Origin: Phoronis australis
Taxonomy: Eukaryota > Animalia > Phoronida
Assembly: GCA_002633005.1 (NCBI GenBank)
Contig: NMRA01000162.1
Coordinates: 99,335-163,334, forward strand
Length of the DNA: 64,000 bases
Direction of reading: 5' to 3'
The notes under the pieces are model-generated. The model had not been told where the DNA came from, searched no databases, and saw nothing but the letters and a program-made list of their open reading frames with translations. Position numbers and translations under genes: made by a program. Position 1 is the stretch's first letter; the number at the start of each line of letters is the position of its first letter. Below, piece after piece: positions 12,901 to 25,400 of the stretch.

Positions 12901-15900
12901 GTATAAACCGCCTTTACGCTTTCGTAAGCAACCAATATTAGTGGGTTAAAAAGATGGTGGACTATACTGTGTTGACATATTCCCGCGACCTGATGGGGTA
13001 CAGTTATCTTCATTGATGAGTCGAAACTAACCATTGAATGATCATTGCTATGTTTGAAGGTGCCGTGCCTCTAAATCAAGTTGCAGCTACGACCATCTTG
13101 GCCTCATTCCCGGCCCAGTCCCGGCCTAACTAACACCAAAACCCACTGCTCCCCGGCGCCATCTGCAGTACACGCATAAATTTGATCCTGGTTTATTTCA
13201 AATGAATTCAAAACATTTGAAATCATTAGCTCGTGTCATACCGTGAATAATTCCGTTGCGTATACATTTCTTTGCAGCAGTTGCATTTTGGCGATTGTTA
13301 GCGCTCGCGGGTTAGTTGGCATGGCAAAGGATCTATAGTAACCGTTGCTACGACAAAGCTCCAGAGTTTGGCTCATGCAACTCAAAATAACTTTTGTGAA
13401 ATATTTCGCAAAAACTTGCAACTGTTTTCAGTAGAACTCAACATTCAAAAACTTTTCATGTAGCCCAGTAAACGGCGGTTGCCATGGTTCGCAAGTTACC
13501 TAGCACCTTTTGCAAAAGGGTAAAAATTACGACAAGGTCTACCCAAAATTACTAGTCCTCTTTGTATTTACAACATTATACAACTGAATTTAAAGCTTGG
13601 CAACTTATATGATGCGTGCGATTACATCAAGATGCAGGCTGCCATGTTGACTGAGACGATTTCCGTGAAAAAGCTGCAAGAAAGTCCGAAATTTTGGTGC
13701 CCTGCTGAAAAAGTTAAGAAGTTTCAATCTTTTATCACCGTTAAAGCCTTACATCCAGTCTGGGGTATGGCATAATGTCTGGCATAATTCGGTTTAAAGT
13801 GATATGAATTGCTGAAATGACATTCACCGGCAATAAAACGACATTTAAGGCACGCATTTGTCGCTGAACTAAGTTCACAAGGGCTGGCATTTTTATTAGA
13901 TGTTTTGCCAGTTTCTCGTCGTTTTAAATGAAACCGATTCAGTTGAAGAAAATCCATCTTTTGATTGAAGTGAGGTGAGCCTAGGTGTGGTAGAAATCGT
14001 GACTGTCATTCAGTTTAACGCCTACAATTTTGCTTCACCTGAGCTTCACTTTCTCTGTGCAAAATGTTTTCATAATTGATTTATCTTTCCCAGGGTTCAT
14101 AAAATTTGTAGGTCGAGGCCTTATTTTTTTTTTGCGCAAAGGTCAATCTATAGCACCGGCACTTTGCAGAAGCTGCTGGCCCGGCCCGCGTGTGTGTATA
14201 CGTGCTGTTTGTGACCGCTGAGTGTCACGCTTGGTGAGACGGTCAACAGAATCAGGATTCTGTTCGAGTTAGTGACAAACATATTATAGTTATCACCTAC
14301 AGTATCTTTGTTAGTGAGCTTTATCATACTTCACATTGTATGTAGAACGAAAGAAAGTTGACCTTTTTTTCTTTACACACCTGAGGCCCGGAAAAGCGGC
14401 TCGAAATAATACGCACTAGTTAAAGCACATAGTTACTGGGAGTACAATAAACGAGCGAATGATGAGAAAACGGGAAATGCTTAAGCGGAGACTCATGAAC
14501 TAATGGCTTCAGTATTTGAGAGACCCTTTTATGTTTGTAGCGAAACTGATTGCCCCGGACTAAGTAAATACACTGTGACATGGTGGAAAGATAAATACGT
14601 TTGATACCAAACAACTCTCAACTCCGAGCTGGGTACCTCTAGTAAAAATAAAACTAAAGATTTCCTCTTATTTGGTTTCTAATTTTTCTCTTTTTGGTCT
14701 CTTTTTATCATTATTTTGACTTGCAAAAACCTTAATTTCACTTATATTTTACAACAAAAACATTTCTATTACGCAAGCTTTGTGGAACGATACATAACCT
14801 GGAAAAATTTCCTCTTTTTTGTCATTATCCCTGCATAAGTGAGTGGTGATGCTGTTAATAACTCGTGTGTATACCTGTCATCGAAATTACCAGCACGGTT
14901 TTATTCCTAATAATCAGCGTGGAGCTGACACTCAGCGTCACGACGCCGGACGATCAAGTAGTCTGCTCCTACTGTAGAAATACATGAAAAATTGTCATCA
15001 GACAAACAAATGAATTCTCGGAGTTTATGGACAAGTTTTGCGACAACGGTGTTTAGCGATATCCGAGGTTTTACGACCAGCTTTACTGTTACCCGGAAAA
15101 TAATCTTGACAAAACGCTTCGCTTTTTTGATGCGGACACCTAAGTATCCAAATAGATAAAAGACCGCAAGATAGTCCTAAAAACCCGAGATTTGCCACTC
15201 TCGGTACCCCATGCCTCTCTGGTTTTGAAAAGACATTCCGATTACTGCATTCACAAAGGCGTTAGGTAAACAACCACCCTGGATGTTCAGTGATAACATG
15301 AATACTAAAGACCTTAGACAAAAAATTGTTTTTCTAATCCTACGATAAATATGATAACGATGCTCTTGCAGTCACCAGGTGGCGGGACCTGCTGGCGACC
15401 ACGAGTTGGCTCGCCAAGAACTGCCAAACCTGTTTGGAAATCGACGATATTTCTTGAGTCCACTCAGGAAATAGTTCTACAAAGAGCCCTTTTAAATCGA
15501 GATTGGTCGCGCTGTTGTCTTCAGCATAGGTGAAATCTATAACTTTCTTTACAAGTTATGATCGTTTTACTCTTTTCGGGTGTCTTTTCAATAAAGAAAA
15601 ACGATTTTCACTTAGTGCACAACTCCAAATGTACCTCTTCTACACACGAACGCGTTTTATGCTTGTAAAGACCTCCAGAAATAAAACGAAAGCGGACTGA
15701 ACGATACGATAAAATACGAAATAACATTGACTGAACTGTTGTTATAGCCTATTTCAGCAAATCAGCAGACGCACCAGGTCGGCGTAATTCAGTTGTCGTT
15801 GAGTCATGTTAGCGTAATACAATGAACGAGAACAATTACTGAAATATTCAGAAGCAGTGTTTTGGAAATTGGATTTTGCGGCCTTTTAAATTTTCGTTCT

Positions 15901-18900
15901 GATCTTTCAAAATAAACATATAGAATTTTGGTAATTCTTGTTATTTGACGTTCAGAAAAACATGATGTAGTATTTGTAAAATGTGCCCTTTCATCAAAAA
16001 ATTGCAACCTCTTGGCTTCACACTATCCGTTTTTGTAGCCTTTGCGACTGCGAGACCTTTCAGGACAAATTGGATTTTCCCACATTGTGCTTTACGTCAA
16101 AACTAGAATAATGATGTTTTGTTTTAACAAATAATATTATTGAAAAAATACAATAATCCTAACAGCCGGTAATGTTCAGAACAGGATGAAAACATAAGAG
16201 TCATAACCTAATCATAATTCAATGTTTGTCTTGTCCCTACAAATCCTCGACTGCTCACTGATAACGCTGTGACACCACCGTCCTTTTGAAAGATGCCTGT
16301 AGATAATTTTTTTGCATGTGAGAAGGACAGGATTGGCTTCAAAGCATACTCATCAAAAGCATCGTAATTGGGAGTTGCATTTTGAATGACCTCCTCTCTT
16401 CATGTAAAGTATTAATAGCTTACTTTAACATGCATCCTACCGAGTCTACAATGTCAACAATTTAGGGACATTCAGTGAAGGAGTCCTGGCGTGAAATTCA
16501 GTTGCAAAGCCTAGCTCAGAGTGACTCCGGGCGGTTTCTAATTAATGGGAAATTTGTAAAGACGAATTGCTGCTGGCTGGGGATTATGTGGAGAATTATA
16601 TAGTATTCCTCAGCGACTTCGTGCCCGGAATCCAGCATGTCGGCATTGGACAACAGAGAACTGGGTTTCTGTTGGTGAAACTTGGATCCGTAAGAATGCT
16701 TCGTTCTGCGCAGCCATGGATACTCGAAGATGACACTATTCGTCAAGAAACACCCACCGGTTCGTGTGTAGATTTTGCAGACGGAAGGGAAACTTGCACG
16801 GGTAGGTGTAAATGTGTTACTTCCCTCAGCATCGAAAGTGAGATTGAATTAATTTTTCTCCCCTATCTGCTTTACTTGCAAGTAATTGATATGTAAATTT
16901 AAAAAGGCGCCGTAGCCACTCATTAATGAGAAACACTGGTCTCCGTCTCAGAGAGCCCATGCAGATAGTTCATACAGGTAAAACGACAAAAGAAGGCTAA
17001 ACTAAAGATAAACTGGGTTGTCTAAAAAGCGCATTTTTCTACATTTCCTTAAAAATTACCATTTACAACATTTTTTCCAAGTTTTGTAGGCTTTGATATC
17101 TAAAAAATCATTACTTCTGATATGAAAGTAAAACAATACTGGAGAGATAGTTGTGGCAGAAAAAGTAACTTGACAGAGAGAAAGTTCTACTTTGTGGCCA
17201 CATTTCAGTTATTGAAACTGCCAGGTAGTAAATACCAATGGTCACAGTCACGGCGGTCGACGTCTCTCAGGAGCTGCCCGGCCTTTGCAGGAACGCGGGC
17301 TTGAGCCGGTAACACAGGAGTGGACGGTCCCGGCCTACTAAGACTTTTAAGTCTTAAAAATGTTCATGTTCACGGGATGTGCCGCTCAGAAAGGTGACTT
17401 TTTCGAAACGTGTATACCACAGCTGGATTTTCCCCACGGAGTCCTGGCCAGGACATCTTTATTAGGAAGCCCCCAATTTTGCAATATGGATTGTTTACGT
17501 TCCCTTGCAAAAGTACTCTTAATTATAAATGTACCTACTTCGAAAAATCAGAGTTAACTTGTTTTGCACAGATTTTCTAAAGGAAATTGATTGAGATTTT
17601 CAAATTCATCAACGAAATTTCTGGGTAATTTAAAACTATTTCTACAAAGACACCTCCATGGCAAGGCAACATACCCAGCTGTTGCTCCCTTTTCAGTTTT
17701 GCAAAATTGTATAATACTTAAAATAAATTGGCTTAGGTTATCGGAATTCGATCAGTTTTATATCATCATTGTCCCAACTCCCAGAGAACAGTCACCAAAA
17801 CTTGGTTCAACTTGGTTCAACACTAAACTGAATTGATTTTGACTCAGTCCCCACGGCAAATGTTCCATGAGCCCCAGAACTGTTCTCAGTGTACCTTCAA
17901 GACACATGACCCTATAAAGTGAACTTTCTCAAAACTGGATCCTAATAAAGTGATGTTAATCTCAGGTCTCATCCCCACTCTGAAATACGGTATTACCGAA
18001 ATTTCCGAGACGATTTTCATCTATTCGATTCCGAGGGGATCGGTTCTTTCTCCCCGTATTTCTTCAAGATTTTGCATCATCCGAAAAGAGTTTTTATATT
18101 ACTTTTTACCCCTTAAAGTCTGATTTTGTAAAACCTATTGATGACACCCTAATAAAGTGAACCACTTTAACAAAAAGTTCCCGACTCACCAACAAATTAA
18201 AAATCCTAAAATTTTGACGCGCTTTATGGGTTGAGGTATAAAACGTTGCCCTTCGTAGTGAAATTTTGTTGAAGCACCGGTACCCGAGTTTCTGCTTACT
18301 GCCTTCTCGGGGTTCAGTTATCCTGCAAACAGCAAAATTTGCACCTTTACGGGGAAGGGGGTGCTCAAAACAAAACAACGACCGGGAGAAATGGTGGTGA
18401 TAGGAAGGAATCTTGAAATTTGGGGACCACGTGGAGGGTAAAGATTTGGTAAAATCGAATTTATGCCCCTTCCCCACAATTACATGTACTTTCATACGGG
18501 CCTGCTTGCTTGGACCACCGGGTGATTATTTTGTTCCGGAGGCAACTTGCGGTGCAGGAAAACCAGACTCCTTTTCGAATTTCAGCCCGGTACAAAAATT
18601 CCGTTTTGATAACACGAAAAGCCCCAAATGGGTATGAATGGAAAAAGTCAACCCCACCTCCGTAGAGTTTTGTTTTCATAGCACAAATGGTTGTAATGGG
18701 TTAGCCCCTACTGAAACTTACATTCAATTACCAACAGTACTGTTTCAAGCACAATAGTTCTAAATCGAGTATGAATCATAATTAGTAGAGTTTACTTGGT
18801 GATCTGTCAGTGCCATGCCTCACCTCCCGGTGTATATGACACCTACAAGTTAGGCGCGGTATAGGTAGGAGCTATATAGTGTTATAATGGTAGCGCAATA

Positions 18901-19825
18901 TGATAAAAAGAACCCTGTCAATGTAAATTATGCAATTTGAATCTTTGTTTATTTCCCCGGGACACATAAATTGAGTCGGGCAGAATCCTACTGTCAAAAA
19001 GACACTTGTCTGATAACTGCATTTACGCCAAAGTCTGTTTGACACACTACTTAAATGTGAAAATAAAATAGAACACTTGTTTGCAAAGATCATACATATA
19101 ATTATCTTTGTTATAAGTTTCTAAGGATTCCGTAGATGGAGTAATTTAAAACCCTGCAACGATGCCGTTCACTGTTATTCAAAACATTCAGTATTGTCTG
19201 CACAGAATGGTGTCGTAAATGGCAGACTTCACCCCCTGGTGGCTAAATATAAAAGGACGACCACATCGTCCATAAACATCAGTCGACGACTGACGTAGCC
19301 GTCACAAAACCTGAAATGTCGCGAACTGTTGTGAATTGTGACAAACTTCACACTTAATGTAACTATATTTGTGGGCAGGCACTTTTTCTGGTGCGTCGGC
19401 ACGAAGGGAGAAACTTTTAATACACCGTGGACAAAGATATTTATACAGTATCTTTGCCGTGGATTCCTGCATGCCGAGAAATGTTTGTTCCCGCAACTGG
19501 TGTACACGTACAGCACTGTTTTGCAGCGGGTGGACACGGGTATACTTCAGGTAAGTGTAGGGTCCTACACATGGGATATCGGTAATAGAATTATGGTTAG
19601 GCCAGGAACGAAACTATTCTGACTTGACTCAAAGATGGAACCATGCAAAACGCCAGTCAAGTCATTATAATCGGAGAATCTTGAGGATGGCACAGGTGTA
19701 CGAATGAACATGTCTAACTATTTAAGCTATGCTTTTCTTGTTAACAGATTTCCACGGCCGTTTAAAGTTACCATTTAGTCACCGACAACCAGAGGCAGGT
19801 GGTCTTTTCAGATAAGAACTAGGCG

Positions 19826-22467
19826 ATGGCCACCAAGGGTGAACCGCCGGGTGGTTCGTTGGGCGGACCGTCTGTGAAAGTGAGGATGCAGAAACTTAAT
19901 AACCAGAACAACCTAGCGGAACAAGAGCTGTCACACAAGCTCAACATGTACAGCAGGGCGAAGTCTGCTAGTATACATAATTTAGATCGACAGAGAATGG
20001 ATGTGAGGGATTTTATGAGGAACCTGCGACACTGCGAATCGGACGAGCTACCGTCAAGTAAACTGTAAGTCAATGATAGCGACTAGATGGTCGCCTACCG
20101 AAGACTGCCTCATTACCCACCAATTTTTTGTTGAATCTGAGTTCGTGACAATCGCGTATAGGCTGTCATTCATATATGTTTTTTCTCTTCATACTCGGGG
20201 AAGCAATCTTATTCATGTCGTGATTAACAGACCGTTCAATATTTTGTTCCTGGATCCTGTCTTCGACTTTATTTTGGGAGTGAAGCTGGAAAATTAGGAT
20301 ACCCACTCATTCAAAAGTGGACTCGAACCTAAAAAAAACATTTGTGTAGAGATCTCACTTCTTGTAGAGTGAGTCTAACGTTGCTAACTGAGCCAAATTC
20401 CACTCAATGTAGGCTATAAAAAGAGTATCTTAAGCGTATTCAATTGATTAAGTCATCGATTTCAGCGAAGGCCTGGTAGCCAACGGCGGCCATTGGCGAT
20501 TTATAACAAAATCACAAAAACAACGGATTTTATAGTCTTTTAGCCCTAGTCAGAGCTAGTCACTTCAACAATAATCCCAAGATTGCGTTTTTCGACAATA
20601 AAAAACACAATGTCCTTTAACGCGGTTACAAAACCGCCTTTGAAAACCAACTTTTGATTTAGAACCCTTAACGTTATGAAATTGGTATTAAATTCATGCG
20701 TGCACTCAGCCTAAAAATGGGGAGCTCGAATTTTTGAGAATGTGGTCCTTTTACGGGGTACGTTCTGAGCTATAAATTCATCTTGTTCATTCGCTGAATT
20801 TTGGTAGTTCTTGCCTTTTTAGTGGACTTTTGTTTTTTACTTTTTCGGAGTTTTTGCTTCTTTGAGGCGTATCTTTTTGCTCACTTCGCAAAATGAGGGG
20901 AGAGGGGCTCGTTCAAGCCCCACCGAGCCCCCCTGGGTGTGTGCATGAAATTGTTTTTTAGTAAAATTAGAAATGATCAGGGCTTCGAAAACACTCTGGT
21001 AAGTTGTGATCGCTAGAGACCAGGCTCTACAAGCAAGGTCTCAAGGAATTACCAGCTGTTTACGGTTCTTTGAAAACCCAGAAATCATTAATTTTAATCT
21101 AAGTTATGAACACGTTGAGACCAATTTTTTAGGTGGTAAGTGGCCAAAATAATAAATTCGCTTCTTGCACAGAACGGTGTCTGGTTACTGACGTCAGGAG
21201 AACCTTTGTCATCAAATTTCTGCACCTGAAGGATGCGAGAACTATAAGTTCTTTGTGTCAACTGAGGGAACGCAAAGTGACGTCATAATTTACGCCGAGG
21301 GTCTAATCTTTGTACTCGAAACCATTTTCGATATTTTTCGTTCTATTTTTACACGAGCAACAATGCTTCACTTACGCTTGTGCGTCAACACAGCTTTAAA
21401 GCTACTCTGGCAGGTCGTTGAAACTCAAAATCTCAAGTTTTTACTCGAGTTTGTAGCTCGAAGAATCCAGGGGACGTCAAGTGGACTGGACACTGATGAA
21501 ATATATCACAATATACTCGGGCGCAGAAAATGGACAATTATTTTAACTTCGTATTGAAGTAGAACGTAAAATATCGAAAATGATTTAGATTAACACGCCG
21601 TGCCCAGATAGCATTGTTTCGTCGATTAAGAAAGTTTACTCATCGGGACAAATCTGGATAAAAACTAAGGTAGTTCAAAAATGGGAAAAAGGTGGAAATA
21701 TTACACCACGTTTAAAAGTAGCAAAACGCAGGATTGCAACTGAAAATCTTCGAAAAATGACAGCGAAAGCGCAGAATGGTGTTGTTTTGTGATAAATTTC
21801 GGAGGAAAGCGAGGGCTGACTAGTAAACGTACTAGGAATGTTGCAATAAAATATCCTTATTTTCAGATACATACCCAAGGAAGATTATCGCAGGCACAGC
21901 GAGCTCACTAATATCCCACCTCAATCAGCTCCTTCTGGGCACAGGGAGGCATCCCCGCACTTCAGAACTTTCAGCCGACACTTAGTCAGCGGTGATAGCA
22001 AACGAAACACCACCACCAACAACAGCAAATTCATGAACGAAGTCAGTTTCCGTGAACTTATGACCAAATATGGAAAACACCGCTCTCTTGCAGAGTACCT
22101 ACAGAAAGAAACAAAAACAAACGCTCGTGCAACCGAAAAAGAAACGATTTTGAAGGTTACAGAAAACCATAACACAGTCGAGTTTCCGGTCATTCAAAAT
22201 GACGCTCGTTATCCTGCTCAGTGGGCTGCGAAACGAGAGCAGACGGTCACATGGTCGACAGCCAGCAGATTAGACGTTCCAACCGATCAGCCAAGACGAA
22301 AGAGTCTGGACGAAAGAATAAGTGAGTTTTACGATAAAGTTGATTTAATGAAAAAGAAATACGCTGCAGACACTAAATCAGCAACGACCTCTGAATCAGA
22401 TCAAATTCAAGGTCAAATGGATTCGATAAAAAATGGAGAGAGCGAATCTGAACATTTAGTGAAATAA
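19826..22467 (+). CDS. Uncharacterised two-exon protein, 279 aa, N-terminal predicted coiled coil
   Basis: Exon 19826-20064 (good Kozak GCGATGG, ends CT|GTAAGT) joins in phase 2 to 21867-22467 (TTTCAG|), giving one open 840-nt frame that links two separate track ORFs. There is an upstream candidate UTR donor CAG|GTAAGT at 19550 and an acceptor near 19748. Confidence 0.7.
20319..20396 (-). mobile_element. tRNA-derived SINE head / Pol III promoter remnant
   Basis: Minus-strand A box TGGCTCAGTTAG (20395-20384) and B box GGTTCGAGTCC (20329-20319), interrupted by a T run. Confidence 0.45.
20695..20947 (+). mobile_element. MITE family A, copy 2, with TIR and 5-bp flanking duplication
   Basis: Ends are CATGCGTGCACTCAG and CTGGGTGTGTGCATG, with AAATT on both flanks (20690-20694, 20948-20952). 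A partial inverted third copy lies at ~45156-45205. Confidence 0.75.
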
Positions 22468-25400
22468 AACCCTGTGCTTAGATGGGCATGTCACCAAACT
22501 AAACGAAGAACATCACCATCGCTGTCAGAGGTGCTGCATGATATACTGGAGTGCCGTGCTTTATTGTGATGAGTGGAAACAGCCTTACCGTTACACCGTT
22601 TCTATAGTATGGAGTCGTTGTTAGTATACGAGCGATTTTGTATGGCCTGGATTAAAAAGGAACTTAGATGGAAAAGAAAGAACGAACACGCAATTTTCCC
22701 TTTGACAAACCCGACGCCAAGAATTAACGCGTCCGGTCAGCAAAGGATCTGGAAGATATCCTGTGAGCTCTAAGTTACTTATAAAAGGACTAAAATAAAA
22801 TTACGTAGGTATGCGGCCTACAATGTACTTGGAGGCACGGTCCGGGCGTGTAACTGCGATTTTCCAATTTCTATTTTGGAGAAATGGCAGACAGTCGGTA
22901 AATTTACTCACATTGCAAGATGTCTACTTATAAAACTATACTACAAGTTGCATAATACGCAATATACGCGGTGTCTTGTAAGCGATCATGACTTCATAAG
23001 CCAACAGTACACTAGTCGCTAGTGTAACCATGTACAGTGGCGGATCTAGGATATCATAAGGGGGGCCCAACATTTTGTCTGGTAGACAATTGTGATTCAG
23101 GTAGCCCCGAATTAGGGGAGATCGGGGGGAGGGTGGGTTCCCCCAGATCGCATTCTGAAATCTAACAGCACCACACGGCAAATTTTCAACTCGTCAAGTT
23201 GCCGCTGAAAAGCCCATTGATTCTAGACTTCCACTTGCTTTACGGTACGTAATGTGTTTTGTCCCGAAGGCGAACAGATAGTTACCGTACACAACCAGGC
23301 ACATAATTTATGTGGTCATGATACATACTTATGTGACTTGTTGATGTATGGTAACCATTGACTTTTGTGTATTAACATCATTTATTGGTCATTCAATGTC
23401 CTCGCTCAGTTCAGAAATAAACAAATTAACAATACTTGTTTTAAAGCATTTAAACAGTTTAACCGCTTGTGATTTAAAAATTGAAAATTCATAAAATTGC
23501 AAGGACTCGCGACCTAGGTCAGCGCGCACTCTTCTATTGCGCCACCACGCCTCCAACTAAAACACCATGAAAAGAGACAGACTTGCTTATAGTCCACAGC
23601 GTTCGCGCGCGAACCTGCTGGTTTCCGTAATTTTTATACACGCTTCATATTTTGTGCAACTAGTTCGTAGCAAAAGTAGGTGTGTTAAAACAGTCGTAAG
23701 TCGACCAGAAGACCGTGCTGGCATTAACCACGGGCTTGCTTTACAAATCGTCTTAATTTTATATTTTTGACAAACAGAGAATGAGTTTCTGAGTAATTCA
23801 CTAAGGTTTCGATTAAAATTTACATCTTACCAACAGCTTCCGTTTTTTCATCGCCACTCAGCTTCCGCTTCCTTTGAAAAAATGAATTAATTTTGGAGCA
23901 GAGGACGGAAACGGAGTGGTAGAGCGCAGCGCCATTGCCGATACCATTCGCATATCGACCGGGAGCGACATTACGGCATACTTACCGTTACGATTGCGAC
24001 GGTTGTATGCATGACTCGGGTCTGAGTCCTCCCAAACGCACACACAAATTATAACTCCACACATTGTCAAATCTTGCTTCGGCCGTATAATGTTAATTAC
24101 TGGGGATAATTAATAAACTCAATATTTCCTCACGCTTTTGCCGTTTTATTTTTGCGGCTGCCACTGCCAGGGGTGGGACTAGCGTTTCATGTGTGCTGAC
24201 TGCTGTGGTGGCAAATGCACTGATTTCACGAAATAGACGAAACAATTGTGAACTACAGGTACTAAATCTAGGGAAAGTGTCAGTAAATTAAAATTTGGAT
24301 GTCAACACGAATTTTAAAACGAATTTAGTAGGAATTATTGGCTGACTTTGATATTCGCAGTGGCGACTTCGTGGCGATTTGCGATTTTTTCTGGGTCGCT
24401 AAACACAATGTGAGGTCGCATTGCCTACCTGCAGGTCGCCAAATGGAGCGCTGTTGATATTCTGATGGTGTCCATGATTTTGTTGGTAATAGAAATCGAG
24501 TCTAATTACAACGGTAAAATATATCATGAGACTGATTTTGAGCTGCGGAAATCAGTTATAATTCTAATCCAAAACCAACCGTGATGCGTATTTCTCAGAT
24601 GAATAACATAATTTAACCAATATTTTAGTTCACAGAGTACATAAGAATCAAATATACCAGAGTATAAAAGATTAATTTATAGAACAACGTGGTAGTTCAG
24701 GTTCAGTGTTAAGATTTGTGCGTGGTAACATTTCTCGCGGGGCGGGTATTTTGTGGAGGGTGACAACAGTTTTACTTCGTGGGAAGGGTTCTGCAACCCG
24801 TAGTTAGCTCGTTTCTCCTCGTTTGCGGTGGCAGCAGGTTGAAAGTGTACCTTCGCGCTAACGCAACCGACAAGACCGCTTTTACCTTTTCACTGGCAAA
24901 ATTGGTCACGCCGTCGATTGAAAAAGTTCGGCCAGCTCCAATGTACATCTCCCAATATATCAAACATGAATTCATCAAAAACCAGAGTAGAAAACTGCAA
25001 TCAAATATAAAAGTAATTTTTATTGTAGTAAATGAAATCACATCCTAACAAAACGAACAAAACATACATCCAAACATGCCAGGATGTAAGATCAGACACA
25101 GGGCTATCGAAAACGGTCGGCTGCTTTTCTCCATGCAGACGCATTTTCCGACCGTCTCCCATAGCAAGGTACATAGGTGGCCTAATGTTCACGTTACATA
25201 ACATAAATTGAATATATTATTCATAAACCGAGAGGCTTCAATTGATTTTATAGCGGGGCGAAATTACATGAACAATATTAAATTCTTAAAATAATTGTTT
25301 TGGGCATACCATCAATAAAACCGAAACAACCATGACAGCAATTGACTAAAGATTACTCCCTATTCTAAATGAACACGTATTCACAGGTGCACGTTCATCC

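Noticed and set aside
16567-16896. 109-aa ORF in an exon-like, GC-richer patch
   Set aside because: Non-ATG start and no recognisable product; it could be a UTR exon, but I could not link it to a gene.
23978-23988. ATACTTACC resembling the U1 snRNA 5' end
   Set aside because: The following sequence does not match U1. It is only a minus-strand donor-like GGTAAGTAT with no partner exon found.
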